The notes beneath the pieces are model-generated. The model was given only the letters and a program-made list of their open reading frames with translations. It was not told the DNA's origin and did not search any database. The position numbers and the translations under genes are program-made. This document shows positions 1 through 10,791 of a stretch of DNA of 64,000 bases, piece by piece. Source of the DNA: Nitrospirota bacterium (GTDB lineage: Bacteria; Nitrospirota; UBA9217); contig CAWBNQ010000014.1 of assembly GCA_963790205.1 (NCBI GenBank), positions 288,001-352,000 of the forward strand, written 5' to 3'. Within the stretch, counting starts at the first letter, position 1. Every line of letters starts with the position of its first letter.

Positions 1-1
1 T

Positions 2-1702
2 GGTGCCGTCGTTCGAGGGGATATGCCCGTAGAGATTGATCAGGGCGCCGAGGTCATGATAGAAATCAACGGCTGCCCGCATCGATGCCGTCGTGAAATC
101 TTCAATGGCGATGGGGACTTCGGCGCCGATATACCAGTCGCTCGCCGGTATTGAAACGTGATAAAAACGCAGGCCCGGTGATTCATACGATAGCGTCCAG
201 TGTGGAAAGGGGCCGATCTTCTGCTCGCCCTTGCTTATGGTCGCGGTGCCTAGCTCCTCCAGGATTTGGTAAGAACCTTCCCGCGTCGAGTTAAAGTAAG
301 GAGAAGCCCAGGTGCGGGGACAGTTGCCTGCCGAACCGCATCCTGCCCGTCCATTGTCCACGCCTGCCATCCACCCTTCTATGTCCTGGAAGGTCGAGGA
401 AATAGACGCTTTAGCATATGCTCTGCCGCTTGCATAGCCCGGGGGAGTTACATCCAGTGCCTCATCCGGTCCCCAGTGCCAGTAATCTACATCACCGATA
501 GTCAGGGCGGTATTTACAGGGTTCTTCAAGCCCCCGTTGTGCGACCCGATCGTCGCCCCGTAGTTCGTAATGGCTCTTCGCAGGCTGGCAATTACGGTGT
601 TTTTGTCAGCCATTTCCTGCCGGAGCGTGCCTGTACAAAAGTAGTAATCGCCCTTTGCGCCGGCTGCATTTTCGAACGAGGCGGAGTTTTCGATGGATCG
701 TATCATTGTTTGGTCATTCTCACAGTCATGCCTGACGATAAAAGCCGCGTCGTAATCGTATCGCCACGGACTCAGCTTGATGATCGGGAGATCAGCGGCC
801 TCGAAGGCCCACTCGATCGCATGACGGTAAATGAGATAGGTGTACATGGCCGGGTCATGGACCGTGTGACCGATAAGCGGCTGCAGCGCGCCATGGTAGA
901 CAAAATTCCCCTTTCCGTATTGCCTGGTCGCGAGCAGCGGTCCTGTATCGCCGTTGGCAATGACCGTAGCGCCTGCGGCGGAAACCTGGAACTCGTGGTG
1001 GTTCCCGTGCAAGTCGTGATTAGGCGATACGCCATAAGGGATCTCCTCCGAGCTTTGCGGCATGCGCCAGGCGATCGTGCCCGTCGGAATACCGGCGGCC
1101 AAACGGTGATCGACAGCTTTGGAGAAGTGCATGTTCCAGTCCCAGTTCTGAAGGTTGGAGTGCACCATGCGCAGCCCCATCTCATTGGCAAGGGCAAAAT
1201 CCCCCCGCGTGGCGCCGTCCGGGTTGCGTGTAAATGCCGATGAGCCGATGAAGAGGAATCCGCCGGCAGCGACGTAAGCACGCAGCGGAGCGACCTCGTT
1301 ATCAGCGATCGCTTCAGCGGCCAGGCTGACCACAATAGGGTATCTGGGTGACCCATCGGGGTAAAGCAGGCGGCCGGCCGCAATATCGGCGTCGTTCACC
1401 TCGGCAAATGGCGTGCCGTCCGAGCGAAGCATCTCTTCCAATGACATGGGCATCACGAGATAATGCCAGTCAGCGACCCACCATTCGTAGCCCGTTGTCC
1501 CCGGCCCGGCAGGCGTGGGAGACTTGGCAGGGACCGTCTCTAAATTCTGCGTCAGCTCGGAGATGTGGACGGCCACGAAAGGAAGAGGAGGTTGCTGGGC
1601 GATCGCTTGGCGTGGAGCTGCTGAAAGACCCGCGAGGAGAAGGGACATTGCCAGGGCAATTTGAAACATAACCTTATGAGATGCGAACAATATTTTTTTC
1701 AT
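2..1702 (-). CDS. Secreted protein (partial, runs off left edge) with GATase-like and polysaccharide deacetylase/glycoside hydrolase barrel-like domains
   Basis: Not in the ORF track because it has no stop in the window. Manual translation from ATG at 1702: MKKILFASHKVMFQIALAMSLLLAGLSAAPRQAIAQQ... (signal peptide), then LRAYVAAGGFLFIG, AAFIVRHDCEND and ATIGSHNGG; open for 567 codons. Confidence 0.75.
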   Translation of the reverse strand, partial: MKKILFASHKVMFQIALAMSLLLAGLSAAPRQAIAQQPPLPFVAVHISELTQNLETVPAKSPTPAGPGTTGYEWWVADWHYLVMPMSLEEMLRSDGTPFAEVNDADIAAGRLLYPDGSPRYPIVVSLAAEAIADNEVAPLRAYVAAGGFLFIGSSAFTRNPDGATRGDFALANEMGLRMVHSNLQNWDWNMHFSKAVDHRLAAGIPTGTIAWRMPQSSEEIPYGVSPNHDLHGNHHEFQVSAAGATVIANGDTGPLLATRQYGKGNFVYHGALQPLIGHTVHDPAMYTYLIYRHAIEWAFEAADLPIIKLSPWRYDYDAAFIVRHDCENDQTMIRSIENSASFENAAGAKGDYYFCTGTLRQEMADKNTVIASLRRAITNYGATIGSHNGGLKNPVNTALTIGDVDYWHWGPDEALDVTPPGYASGRAYAKASISSTFQDIEGWMAGVDNGRAGCGSAGNCPRTWASPYFNSTREGSYQILEELGTATISKGEQKIGPFPHWTLSYESPGLRFYHVSIPASDWYIGAEVPIAIEDFTTASMRAAVDFYHDLGALINLYGHIPSNDGT

Positions 1703-1734
1703 AGTCCAATCCGTCCTGTATCAGACATGATGAT

Positions 1735-3006
1735 CTACTGGATTCGACCAGCCCTTATCGCATCATACGAGCCCTCGAACATAATGGCCTTGTGGGCTTT
1801 ATCGGCAACATGAGCTGACAGCCTTTCCCTGGCCTCGGCGCCGCATGCGACTGCCAGCCGTATGATCTGACAGATCTTTCTTATCTCATCCGGACCGACA
1901 GCAGTACCCGTAGGAAGAGAAAGCACTCGCTTTACGAGCCTCTCGGTTTCGGGCAGCACCAGCCCCGCTTGAGGAAAATAGGAACGATAGGGTTCCATCC
2001 GGTGACAGCCGGGGTAGAAATAGCGCCGCGCCAGAACATTTTCAGCATGGAGAATGTCCACGATCTGGTCCCGGGTCACGTGGGTCAAGGATTCGTCTAT
2101 CTCAAGGATGACATATTGATAGTTGCACTTCTCCTTCCGGTCATACTTGATGAGTCTCACTCCCGGCAAGCCTGTCAGCTCCTGTTCATAGGACTTATAA
2201 TTTGCGGAATTTACCGCAATGAACTCATCCAGACTTTCGAGATTCGTCAAGCCCATCAGCGCCGACAACTCGTTCATCTTTCCGTTCGTTCCGATATAGA
2301 TGACGTTGTCATATCCCGAGAACCCGAAATTCTTCATCAGGCGGATCTTGCCGGCCAGGGCATCGTCATCGGTAACGATTGCTCCCCCTTCGCAGGTGTT
2401 GAAGAACTTTGTTGCATGGAAGCTGAAGACCTCGGCGCTTCCGAAGCTGCCGATCATCCCGCCTTTGTAAGAACAGCCGAAGCCATGGGCCGCATCGAAC
2501 AGCAGTTTTAAATGATGGGCGGCTGCGATCTCTTCCAATGCTTCAATGTCGCAGGGGCGGCCCCAGAGATGCACGCCGATGATCCCGGTCGTCCGGGGCG
2601 TGATCATCTTTTCAATGCAGGAGGGATCGATCGTGTGTGTTCCTGGATCGATATCGCAAAAGACCGGGGTGATCTCCTGCCATTGCAGCGCATGCGCGGT
2701 GGCAACAAAGGTGAACGAAGGAACAATGACCTCGCCTGTTAACTCGAGAGAACGGATGGCGATCTCCAGGGCAACCGTGCCGTTGCACATGGCAATGCAA
2801 TGCTTGACCCCGATCATGTCAGCAATTCGCCGCTCGAATTCCTGCACATAAGGTCCGTTGTTGCTCAGCCACCTCCTGTCAAGCATATCGTTGATGCGCT
2901 CGAGCAGACGCTCCCGGTTCCCGATATTGGGGCGTCCGACATGGAGCGCTTCTTGAAAAGCAGGAGCTCCGCCAAAGACAGCCAGATCATCCACGGTCTT
3001 TTTCAT
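1735..3006 (-). CDS. DegT/DnrJ/EryC1 PLP sugar aminotransferase, DesI/VioA-like (dTDP-4-keto-6-deoxyglucose 4-aminotransferase type)
   Basis: DLAVFGGAPAF..VGRPN, GVHLWGRPC, LLFDAAH and VFSFHATK (PLP Lys) motifs closely resemble DesI. Confidence 0.9.
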   Translation of the reverse strand: MKKTVDDLAVFGGAPAFQEALHVGRPNIGNRERLLERINDMLDRRWLSNNGPYVQEFERRIADMIGVKHCIAMCNGTVALEIAIRSLELTGEVIVPSFTFVATAHALQWQEITPVFCDIDPGTHTIDPSCIEKMITPRTTGIIGVHLWGRPCDIEALEEIAAAHHLKLLFDAAHGFGCSYKGGMIGSFGSAEVFSFHATKFFNTCEGGAIVTDDDALAGKIRLMKNFGFSGYDNVIYIGTNGKMNELSALMGLTNLESLDEFIAVNSANYKSYEQELTGLPGVRLIKYDRKEKCNYQYVILEIDESLTHVTRDQIVDILHAENVLARRYFYPGCHRMEPYRSYFPQAGLVLPETERLVKRVLSLPTGTAVGPDEIRKICQIIRLAVACGAEARERLSAHVADKAHKAIMFEGSYDAIRAGRIQ

Positions 3007-3081
3007 CTCAAATCTCCGATCGTTAGAGAGCTTTTCGCAAACATCTTCTCAGATGCAGGCTCACGATGTCGTAATAGTTCA

Positions 3082-4236
3082 TCAAACAGTGACGGCTTGC
3101 ATCCAGCGCGCAAGGACCCGCTCGCGTCCGTTGCCTTCAGCAGCAAGGATCCTCGCAAGCTTGGATTCGATGGCCGCCTGCGCCTCCCGGCCTTCCAGGT
3201 ACAGCTCCCAGATCGGAGTTCCGTGGAGCGTGCTCAATGCGCCCATCGCCTTGGCCAGGGAGAGCCGGTCCACCATCTCGTCGTATCTCGCGATCTCCCG
3301 CTGGTGAGTTTCGTACAGCCTGGTCCCGAGCACCTGCGACAGGGGCTCGTAGTCGCTGTACTCGCCGGGCCGGTGGTTCTCGACCCCCGTGGGCGCCGGA
3401 TCGAATATACAGAAGAGCGTTACATGGCCGTCGACGATGTGGACCTCGTGCTTGTTGCGAAGAAATTGCCGGCTCCGGGTCGCCTCGTTGATGCGGCACT
3501 CTTCTTCGGGACTCCCGGCGGCCTCGTTCAGGTGATAGGTTGAGTCGCCGTCGAGAGGGTACCACGGGCCCCAGACCTGCTTCGACGCATCGTAGGGGTG
3601 CTGCGCCATACGCACGCGTGCGTTCCCTTGCACATCGTAGCAGACGTTGCACTCCGTCCGGGAGTTGTAGGACATCTTGAACACCGGCTCCCCGTCCTGG
3701 TTTTTGGGAAGTCCGGCCACATCGAACATGGTGGTCCGGAACCACGAGACGGGATGGCCGGATTTCGACAGAAGGACCGGGTCGTGGTGCAGGAAGATCC
3801 GGCGGCTCAGGTACTGGGGCGTAAAGGCCCACCGAAGGGACTGAGGTCCGGAAGCACAGGCTGCGAGAAATGTCTCGTCGCGAAGCAGCAGGCGCCTGCC
3901 GCGCGCCTGCGAGGCCGACGCGCTCGACACCTGCAGCAGTTCGGTCCCCGGTTCCGCGTCAAGAACACTCTCCAGGCCGGGCGGAAGATAGAGGTGGACG
4001 CCTTCCTCCAGGTAAAAGGGGTTTCTGTTGTCACCGGCCAGGTGAAGTCTTCCCTTTCCTCGATGAACGCTGATGATGTGACCAACGCTCGTTTTCGTCT
4101 CGAGGCTGCCGGCCTCGATGAACCGGATGCGATCGATGTCCAGCCCTTCGGGATGGATCTCGTGACTCAGGATCCTGGCTCTCGCGAAGGGCTCTCCGGA
4201 TTTGCGACTCCAGTTGTTTTTGATGAGCTTTTGCAT
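3082..4236 (-). CDS. Hypothetical protein, probable cupin/double-stranded beta-helix fold
   Basis: AAGGAGGAG RBS before ATG 4236 (MQKLIKNNW). Beta-strand pattern ISVHRGKGRL...LEEGVHLYLPPG and a second NKHEVHIVDG segment. Confidence 0.55.
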   Translation of the reverse strand: MQKLIKNNWSRKSGEPFARARILSHEIHPEGLDIDRIRFIEAGSLETKTSVGHIISVHRGKGRLHLAGDNRNPFYLEEGVHLYLPPGLESVLDAEPGTELLQVSSASASQARGRRLLLRDETFLAACASGPQSLRWAFTPQYLSRRIFLHHDPVLLSKSGHPVSWFRTTMFDVAGLPKNQDGEPVFKMSYNSRTECNVCYDVQGNARVRMAQHPYDASKQVWGPWYPLDGDSTYHLNEAAGSPEEECRINEATRSRQFLRNKHEVHIVDGHVTLFCIFDPAPTGVENHRPGEYSDYEPLSQVLGTRLYETHQREIARYDEMVDRLSLAKAMGALSTLHGTPIWELYLEGREAQAAIESKLARILAAEGNGRERVLARWMQAVTV

Positions 4237-4318
4237 GGACTCCTCCTTCTCCTCAACAAATATAGGCCGCGACAGTACGAGCAAATCAAAACCCATTAAA
4301 AAATCCGCTGTTCCGTTC

Positions 4319-5926
4319 CTAAGTTCCCGGACGGGAGACTAATTCATTGAGATCACTCAGCTTCTTCCTGTCAACCTTACCGGATGAGGTCGTCGGCAGA
4401 CAGTCGCGGAATTCAACGATCTCCGGTATCATGTATTTCGGGAGTTGTTGAGAACAATACTTCAAGACATCGTCCCGTTTGATCGTACCCGGGGTCATGG
4501 GAACGATGATCACCGCGATCCTGTTTCCTATGAGCTCGTCGGGGATCGGGATGACCACGGCGTTCTTCACTTCCGGATGATTGCACAGAACTGTTTCTAT
4601 TTCCCCGATCTCGATCCTGTACCCCCGGCTCTTTATCATGTGGTCCTTCCGGCCCAGGAACACATAGTTGCCGTCAGGGTCGAGATGGACCAGGTCGCCG
4701 GTCTTGTAAACCCTCTCATTCAGGTCGGGCCTGAGGGGGTTCTTTACAAAGGCCTTCTCCGTTTTTTCAACTTCTCCCCAATATCCTGCCGCGACCGTGG
4801 ACGCCCTCACATAGAGTTCACCCTCCTGTCCCGGCCTGGTGACCTGCTTGCCCTCTTCATCCAGGGCGAAAACATCGAAGTTCGGCAGCGGTCTGCCGAT
4901 GGGAAGCGATGCTTTGGCGTCTGCGGGGAGTTGGTCGACCCAATAATAGGTTGAAGAGTTCGCTTCCGTCTGGCCGTACATGTTGCAGAACCTTGCTTTG
5001 GGGACGGCTTCCTGGAGCCGCCGCAGATATTTCAGGGGAAATTGTTCTCCGGCAAAAAGGATCAATCGCAGACTTGACAGATCGTGGCTGTCCAGATTCT
5101 TATACGACGCCAAAAGGGAAAGCGCTGACGGCACCGAATTCCATACCGATATCCTGTTCTTCGCAATGACCTCGGCCAATTTTATGGGGAAGACGGCAGT
5201 GGTCTCCGGAATAATGACCACCGTCGCTCCTGCCTTGAATGCAACGAAGAGGTCGAAGACGGACATGTCGAAGTGCAGGGGGCAGATGTTGGAGAACCGG
5301 TCATTCGTCTTGATCTGAAAAAAATCATGTGCCGAGTTCACGAAGGTCAGGGAGTTCAGGTGCGACAGCATGACACCCTTGGGATTGCCTGTCGAGCCGG
5401 ACGTGAACAATATATAGGCCAGATCTGAATCTATCGTATTCACGCAGGGAGCGTCTTCTCCTGCGGTCTTCCGGGCCTCCTGCCAGTCGATCAGTTTCGT
5501 CGATCCGGGCAACCGGGCGACTGAATCCAGGCCGTTCATCACAACAATGCTTTCCAGGGGAGAGTTTGCAGGAAACACCTGCCCTATCATGGCCAGCTTG
5601 TCCCGTGAGGCAAGCATGTACTTTATTTCGCACTTGTTTATGATATAGTTGAGGCGGCCCGGCGGACAGAGTGGATCGACGGGAACATACGTCGCGCCCG
5701 CCTTCAGGATCCCGAAAGCCCCCGTTATGGAAGCTATGCCGCGATTCAGATAAATTCCTACCCGCGCCCCTCTTTCTATTCCGATTCCCGACAGATGGGA
5801 AGCCAGCCTGCTGCTTTCCCTGTCCAATTCGGCAAAGGTCACGGTGTCGTTTTGAAAGACCAGCGCCTCTTTGTCCGGATATTTCGCCGCGCTTTCTGAC
5901 AATACGTGGTGAAGTAAGCAAACCAT
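4319..5926 (-). CDS. Stand-alone amino acid adenylation enzyme (NRPS A-domain, PltF/RedM/DltA-like)
   Basis: LAYILFTSGSTGNPKG, HFDMSVFD, LFAGE, NMYGQTE, YKTGDL, GRKDHMIKSRGYRIEIGEIE, SGKVDRK. Start chosen at MVCLLHH. Confidence 0.92.
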   Translation of the reverse strand: MVCLLHHVLSESAAKYPDKEALVFQNDTVTFAELDRESSRLASHLSGIGIERGARVGIYLNRGIASITGAFGILKAGATYVPVDPLCPPGRLNYIINKCEIKYMLASRDKLAMIGQVFPANSPLESIVVMNGLDSVARLPGSTKLIDWQEARKTAGEDAPCVNTIDSDLAYILFTSGSTGNPKGVMLSHLNSLTFVNSAHDFFQIKTNDRFSNICPLHFDMSVFDLFVAFKAGATVVIIPETTAVFPIKLAEVIAKNRISVWNSVPSALSLLASYKNLDSHDLSSLRLILFAGEQFPLKYLRRLQEAVPKARFCNMYGQTEANSSTYYWVDQLPADAKASLPIGRPLPNFDVFALDEEGKQVTRPGQEGELYVRASTVAAGYWGEVEKTEKAFVKNPLRPDLNERVYKTGDLVHLDPDGNYVFLGRKDHMIKSRGYRIEIGEIETVLCNHPEVKNAVVIPIPDELIGNRIAVIIVPMTPGTIKRDDVLKYCSQQLPKYMIPEIVEFRDCLPTTSSGKVDRKKLSDLNELVSRPGT

Positions 5927-6005
5927 TCTCATGACCCCCATCGGATGTTCGCGATCATTCAATTCAAAATTTCCCAACCCTGGCAAGCCGGAACAAAAGC
6001 GCGTC

Positions 6006-6085
6006 TCTCGCAAAGCACGCAAAGGGCGCAACGTTATGGACCCGAGGATCCTGCTTGTCTTTGCGAGCTTTGCGCCTTTGCGAGA
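6006..6085. repeat. Imperfect intergenic inverted repeat built from GCAAAG/CTTTGC units
   Basis: tctcgcaaagcacgcaaagggcgcaa (6006-6031) pairs with ttgcgagctttgcgcctttgcgaga (6061-6085). Confidence 0.75.
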
Positions 6086-6109
6086 AAATTTCTTCCCATT
6101 TTGGACGGA

Positions 6110-9100
6110 TCAGTTAATTGTGAAGGTCTGCCCGTTAGAGGTGCCGCCTCCGGGTGTAGGATTGAACACCGTCACTTGGGCCGTCCCCGCCCGCCGAATA
6201 TTCGAAGCCGGTATGTTTGCCGTCAACTGCGTGGAAGAAACGAACGTGGTTGTGCGGTTCGCCCCATTCCAGCGGACTCGGGAGCCCGCTACGAAGCCCG
6301 TGCCGTTGACCGTCAGCGTGAAGGCCAACCCACCGGCGGTCGCAGAGGCAGGGCTGAGGCCCGTGGTTGTCGGAACAGGATTATTGATCGTGAAGGTCCG
6401 GCCACTGGAGGTACCGCCTCCCGGCGCGGGATTGAACACCGTCACTGAGGCCGTGCCTGCCGCTGCTATGTCAGCAGCCGATATCGCCGCCGTCAACTGG
6501 GTCGGGGATACATACGTCGTCGTACGGTTCGCCCCTTTCCAGCGTACTACCGAGCCCGCTACGAAGTTGCTGCCATTGACGGTCAGCACGAAATCCGGTC
6601 CTCCTGCGGTCGTAGACGTCGGGCTCAGGCTTGAGGTTGTCGGCACGGGATTATTGATCGTAGTGATCGTGAAGGTCTGGGCGTTGGAGGTGCCGCCGCC
6701 CGGGGCCGGTGTGAACACCGTCACTGAAGCCGTCCCCGCCACTGCGATATCCGAAGCGGGAATCGTAGCCGTCAACCGCGTTGAAGAAACATAGGTCGTC
6801 GTACGGCTCGATCCATTCCATTGCACTATTGAATTGGCGACGAAGCCGGTGCCATTAACGGTCAGCGCGAACGCCGTTCCTCCGGCTGTAGTAGACGATG
6901 GGCTCAGGCTCGTCGTTGTTGGCGCGGGACTATTAATCGTGAAGGTTTGGGCATTGGAAGTGCCGCCACCCGGCGCGGGATTGAACACTGTCACTGAAGC
7001 TGTGCCTGCCGCTGCTATGTCCGCAGCCGATATCGTTGCCGTCAACTGGGTCGATGAGACATAGGTAGTCGTCCGGTTCGACCCGTTCCATTGCACTGCC
7101 GAGCTGGACACGAAGCTGGTGCCGTTCACCGTCAGCGTGAACGCCGCGCCACCCGCCGGGGCTGACGTTGGGCTGATGCTCGTTATTGCAGGCACGGGAT
7201 TATTGATCGCATTGATCGTGAAGGTCTGGGCATTGGAGGTACCACCTCCCGGGGCGGGATTGAACACCGTCACCTGGGCCGTGCCTGCCGCTGCTATGTC
7301 AGCTGTCGATATCGTTGCCGTCAACTGGGTAGAAGATACATAGGTCGTCGTACGGTTCGCCCCATTCCAGCGCACCGCCGAGCTGGTTACGAAGCCGCTG
7401 CCGTTGACGGTGAGCGTGAAGGCTGAACCTCCGGCTGCAGCGGACGCCGGCGACAGACTGTTGATGACCGGTATGGGTGCCCCTGACGTACCGGAAAGGA
7501 AGGGTATCCTGATCTCGGTGAGAACAGGCGAGCTTGATGGATCGCTGGTGGTCAACCCCAGCTGGTACTGGATCCAGCGTCTGTTCGCGCTCATGAGGCC
7601 CGAGCCGCTCGTACTATAGCAGTCCGACCAGGAGGCATTGGCAAGTTGATCGGACGAGTCGGCGGTCCGGGTTTGGACGCAAACGTTCGTGCCGCCCCCT
7701 GCGGTCGCGTCCCAGGACACGGCCTGCCACTGCGCGCCATCCCCGCCATCATAGGCTGAAGATAACAATACGCCGCTGCTGCCGTATGCCGGCAGGGTGA
7801 TCACTGATATGTCATCGACTGTTATTGTGTACGGTGGATCCCATGTCCACCAATCCACGCTTATACCGCCGCTCAAATAGGGCGGCCGGGAGTCATAATT
7901 ATTATCCGTCACGTCGATCTTCAGGACCCCGTCGTAATACACGAGGATACGATTCCCCATGAAGGTCATCTGGAGCGTGTGCCAGCCCGTGCCCACATCG
8001 GGCAGGCTGACCTGCTGCATCGGTACGCCATCATACGGACCGCCGTTGATGTCCGTCCAACCCCGGAACTTCCACAATTGCAGCAGATTCGACCCGCCCG
8101 GCGATCCTGCCGGGTAGACCCATGCGCCGTAGTGGGCGCCGGTAGCCGGGTCTACACGACCGCCGATGCCGCCCCCGAACGACCCGGCCGGCATCTGGAT
8201 GCGCCCTTGCACCCTATAGTCGGTCCACTGGGGCGTGGTGGAAATATAGGCATAGGAATACTCCAGAGGGGAGCCCGATCCTTGCATCACCCCTCCTGTT
8301 ACCGTCCATGTCCCCATTGGCACGAGCCATGGCGAGAGCGGGTCACCCCCCGATCTTGTAAAGTCGTCCGAAAACAATACGGAACTCGTGGTGGCAAGAC
8401 CGATCTGGCCATTGATACTGTTATCAATGCCGCTGGCCGAACTATAGCGCGTTGAATCCGCCCAAATGGACTGCCCCCCGCCGCCGACCCAGTCGGTCTG
8501 GGTCCAGGTTCCCGCTTGAGGATTATTGATCAAGAAGGTCTTGGCGTTGGAGATGCCGCCACCCGGTGCGGGATTTGACACTGTCACTGTGGCCGTCCCT
8601 TCCGTTGCAATATCCGCTGCCGTTATTGCGGCGCTCAACTGGATCGCAGAGACAAAAGTCGTCGTGCGGCTCGTACCGTTCCATTGCACTGCTGAGTCAG
8701 GGACAAAGCCGCTGCCATTGACGGTCAGCGTGAAGTCTGAACCGCCGGCCGAAGCGGACGTCGGCGCCAAACTGTCGATTACCGGTACCGCCCCCCCCGA
8801 AGTCACTGTTGCCGACGGTTCCACTGAGGCATAATTGCGTACCCGGACGTTGTTGAACTCTGCCGCCGTGTTCTGCTCTCCATAGAGAGCCACCGCCCCT
8901 GTCCCGAATTGTGAAGACGAGGTTTGCATCATCAGCACATCATCTTTATAAACATCGATCAAATTACCATGTGCTTTTACGGTGAGCTTGTACCATGTAT
9001 CGGGATTGACCGCTCCTACGGCCGTACTCGCAAGGGTGGCGCCGCTCCCGTTGATCCAGTTATATACATACAGGTTGTTGGTCGAATTGAGGTCCTCATA

Positions 9101-10663
9101 AAGGTTGACCGTGTAAAGGTTGTTCAGGTCAAGGGCGCGCGCGCCGAGGCCCCACACCCGACCGCTGAGCAGCTTCCCATAAGCATCCAGGACATAATCG
9201 CCGCCCTGATACGAAGAAATAAGGACCTGCCTGACACTGCTTCCGATCGATCCCTGAACAACGTTCCCCATGGTCCCATCCTGCTGGATATCGATGACGC
9301 TGTTCCATGAGCCGCCGCTGGCTGTCCACTTGTTCGGATCTATCGCCTGTTCTTGAAATTGCAGCCTTCCCGCCGTCAGGTCAGCGACCCGGTGGTCAAC
9401 GGTCCAGGTGTTCCCCGTCAGTTTGCAGTAGTAATCGTGGAGCTCTGTCCCGACCACATGCTGAAAGTTACAGGCAGACCCATTAGCGAGAACAGGGTTC
9501 CCTGGCAGCAGGGAAAACCCGCTGGTCGGTGAGTTACTGGTGTAAATGAGAACAACCCACTGGCCTGAACTATCCAGTCCTTCCGTAGAGAGAAAATAGG
9601 TGCCATCGCGGAAGAGCATGTTGGGAGCAGCCAGGGTAGTGTCGGATCGCAGGACGACGGCTTCCGAGCCTGGATCGTCCAATCCCTCGGGTGTGGCAGC
9701 GCTTCGCACGTGGATCTCCCATAACGTTGTACCGGCGCCGTGGTACCAATAGAGGTAATACTTCCCGTCGTTCGGGTTATGAAAGAGATTGGGATTCTGG
9801 TTCGCAAACCCGGACAGCGGCTGCACAATGGTCTTCACGTCGCTGAAGTTGATGCCGTCGCTGCTTTCGGCCAGGTTGATATAGCTCGTTGCGCAGAAAT
9901 CCTTGGTATAGAGCATGTAATAGGTGTTTCCAACCTTCTGGACCGACGGCCATCTCCCGTTCAAAAAGAGGGGGTTGCCGGAATACTTGGTCCACGTGAC
10001 AAGGTCATCGCTGTATGCCAGTCCCACGCCTCCGCAGCCGGCCTGAAGACCGTAGTAGCCCCAGTAGGTATAGCCTCCGCTGTTGTTCTCTATGACGCTC
10101 AGAGTGTGCGGCGCCGAATCTTCCCAGGATTGGTCCTGCGCCAGCACGGTCTGTGGATTTCCAAGTCTGTAATAGCCGGGCACCGTGGTCCCCGTGGTCC
10201 CCGACTCAAAATCATCAAAGAACTCAAACGTGGCACTGCCATTCGAGGCGCTGACCGCTGACGCGTTGCCGTAATACAGGTACAGGGTTGCAGAGCCGAC
10301 GGCCGCTATGGAAGGCACTTTCACCCAGAGGCTGGCACTCTTGTTGGCGGAATCCCACTTCTCGATCCAGAACGGAACAAGGGTAGTGCCGTCATCGCTC
10401 GTAAGACGCACATCGGAGCCATCGCTCTTTGCCTTGGTAAAGTCAAAGGAGCTGTCCAGCACGATATGCACCTGGAAGTCGGTCAGGGTTGTGCCGCCCG
10501 GATTGTTGACAACGACGGTACTGCGATCGCTCCACGCCGCGTCCAGCCAGGCCCCCTGCGCCTGAACAGGGAGGGAGAGGAGCAGCACCATCGCAAATAC
10601 CAAGCCATAAAGCGCCACTAGTTTATTCGCTCCCGATACGGAACGGCTGCGAAGGGTTTTCAT
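6110..10663 (-). CDS. Large secreted protein: DUF2341 + five-bladed beta-propeller + two lectin/concanavalin-like domains + six IPT/TIG-like repeats
   Basis: GGAG RBS, signal peptide MKTLRSRS...[29 protein letters not shown] (DUF2341-like), and repeated PxxxSLSPxSAxAGGxxFTLTVNGxxF units. No dockerin. Confidence 0.85.
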   Translation of the reverse strand: MKTLRSRSVSGANKLVALYGLVFAMVLLLSLPVQAQGAWLDAAWSDRSTVVVNNPGGTTLTDFQVHIVLDSSFDFTKAKSDGSDVRLTSDDGTTLVPFWIEKWDSANKSASLWVKVPSIAAVGSATLYLYYGNASAVSASNGSATFEFFDDFESGTTGTTVPGYYRLGNPQTVLAQDQSWEDSAPHTLSVIENNSGGYTYWGYYGLQAGCGGVGLAYSDDLVTWTKYSGNPLFLNGRWPSVQKVGNTYYMLYTKDFCATSYINLAESSDGINFSDVKTIVQPLSGFANQNPNLFHNPNDGKYYLYWYHGAGTTLWEIHVRSAATPEGLDDPGSEAVVLRSDTTLAAPNMLFRDGTYFLSTEGLDSSGQWVVLIYTSNSPTSGFSLLPGNPVLANGSACNFQHVVGTELHDYYCKLTGNTWTVDHRVADLTAGRLQFQEQAIDPNKWTASGGSWNSVIDIQQDGTMGNVVQGSIGSSVRQVLISSYQGGDYVLDAYGKLLSGRVWGLGARALDLNNLYTVNLYEDLNSTNNLYVYNWINGSGATLASTAVGAVNPDTWYKLTVKAHGNLIDVYKDDVLMMQTSSSQFGTGAVALYGEQNTAAEFNNVRVRNYASVEPSATVTSGGAVPVIDSLAPTSASAGGSDFTLTVNGSGFVPDSAVQWNGTSRTTTFVSAIQLSAAITAADIATEGTATVTVSNPAPGGGISNAKTFLINNPQAGTWTQTDWVGGGGQSIWADSTRYSSASGIDNSINGQIGLATTSSVLFSDDFTRSGGDPLSPWLVPMGTWTVTGGVMQGSGSPLEYSYAYISTTPQWTDYRVQGRIQMPAGSFGGGIGGRVDPATGAHYGAWVYPAGSPGGSNLLQLWKFRGWTDINGGPYDGVPMQQVSLPDVGTGWHTLQMTFMGNRILVYYDGVLKIDVTDNNYDSRPPYLSGGISVDWWTWDPPYTITVDDISVITLPAYGSSGVLLSSAYDGGDGAQWQAVSWDATAGGGTNVCVQTRTADSSDQLANASWSDCYSTSGSGLMSANRRWIQYQLGLTTSDPSSSPVLTEIRIPFLSGTSGAPIPVINSLSPASAAAGGSAFTLTVNGSGFVTSSAVRWNGANRTTTYVSSTQLTATISTADIAAAGTAQVTVFNPAPGGGTSNAQTFTINAINNPVPAITSISPTSAPAGGAAFTLTVNGTSFVSSSAVQWNGSNRTTTYVSSTQLTATISAADIAAAGTASVTVFNPAPGGGTSNAQTFTINSPAPTTTSLSPSSTTAGGTAFALTVNGTGFVANSIVQWNGSSRTTTYVSSTRLTATIPASDIAVAGTASVTVFTPAPGGGTSNAQTFTITTINNPVPTTSSLSPTSTTAGGPDFVLTVNGSNFVAGSVVRWKGANRTTTYVSPTQLTAAISAADIAAAGTASVTVFNPAPGGGTSSGRTFTINNPVPTTTGLSPASATAGGLAFTLTVNGTGFVAGSRVRWNGANRTTTFVSSTQLTANIPASNIRRAGTAQVTVFNPTPGGGTSNGQTFTIN
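9613..10510. repeat. About 0.9 kb near-identical direct repeat (copy 1 of 13275-14172)
   Basis: Sequences align at offset 3662 with only scattered substitutions. Confidence 0.9.
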
Positions 10664-10791
10664 AGTCTTCTCCCAGAACATTTCATTATAAAGAACATTG
10701 AGGGGGTAACTGACAAGTTCAGGACAAGGGTCGCAGGGCCGGATCAGGATCCAAGCCTGACCCTCCTTTGACCCTGCCGGTGTTTCCCGCA

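Noticed and set aside
266..1671. ORFs 266..1243 (+), 772..1383 (-) and 1348..1671 (+)
   Set aside because: Shadows of the uncalled minus-strand secreted protein at 2..1702.
4319..5926. dlt-type D-alanylation or a classical NRPS cluster
   Set aside because: No MBOAT/DltB, DltD, condensation or thioesterase domain in the window; the ACAD partner fits a prolyl-carrier oxidation module better.
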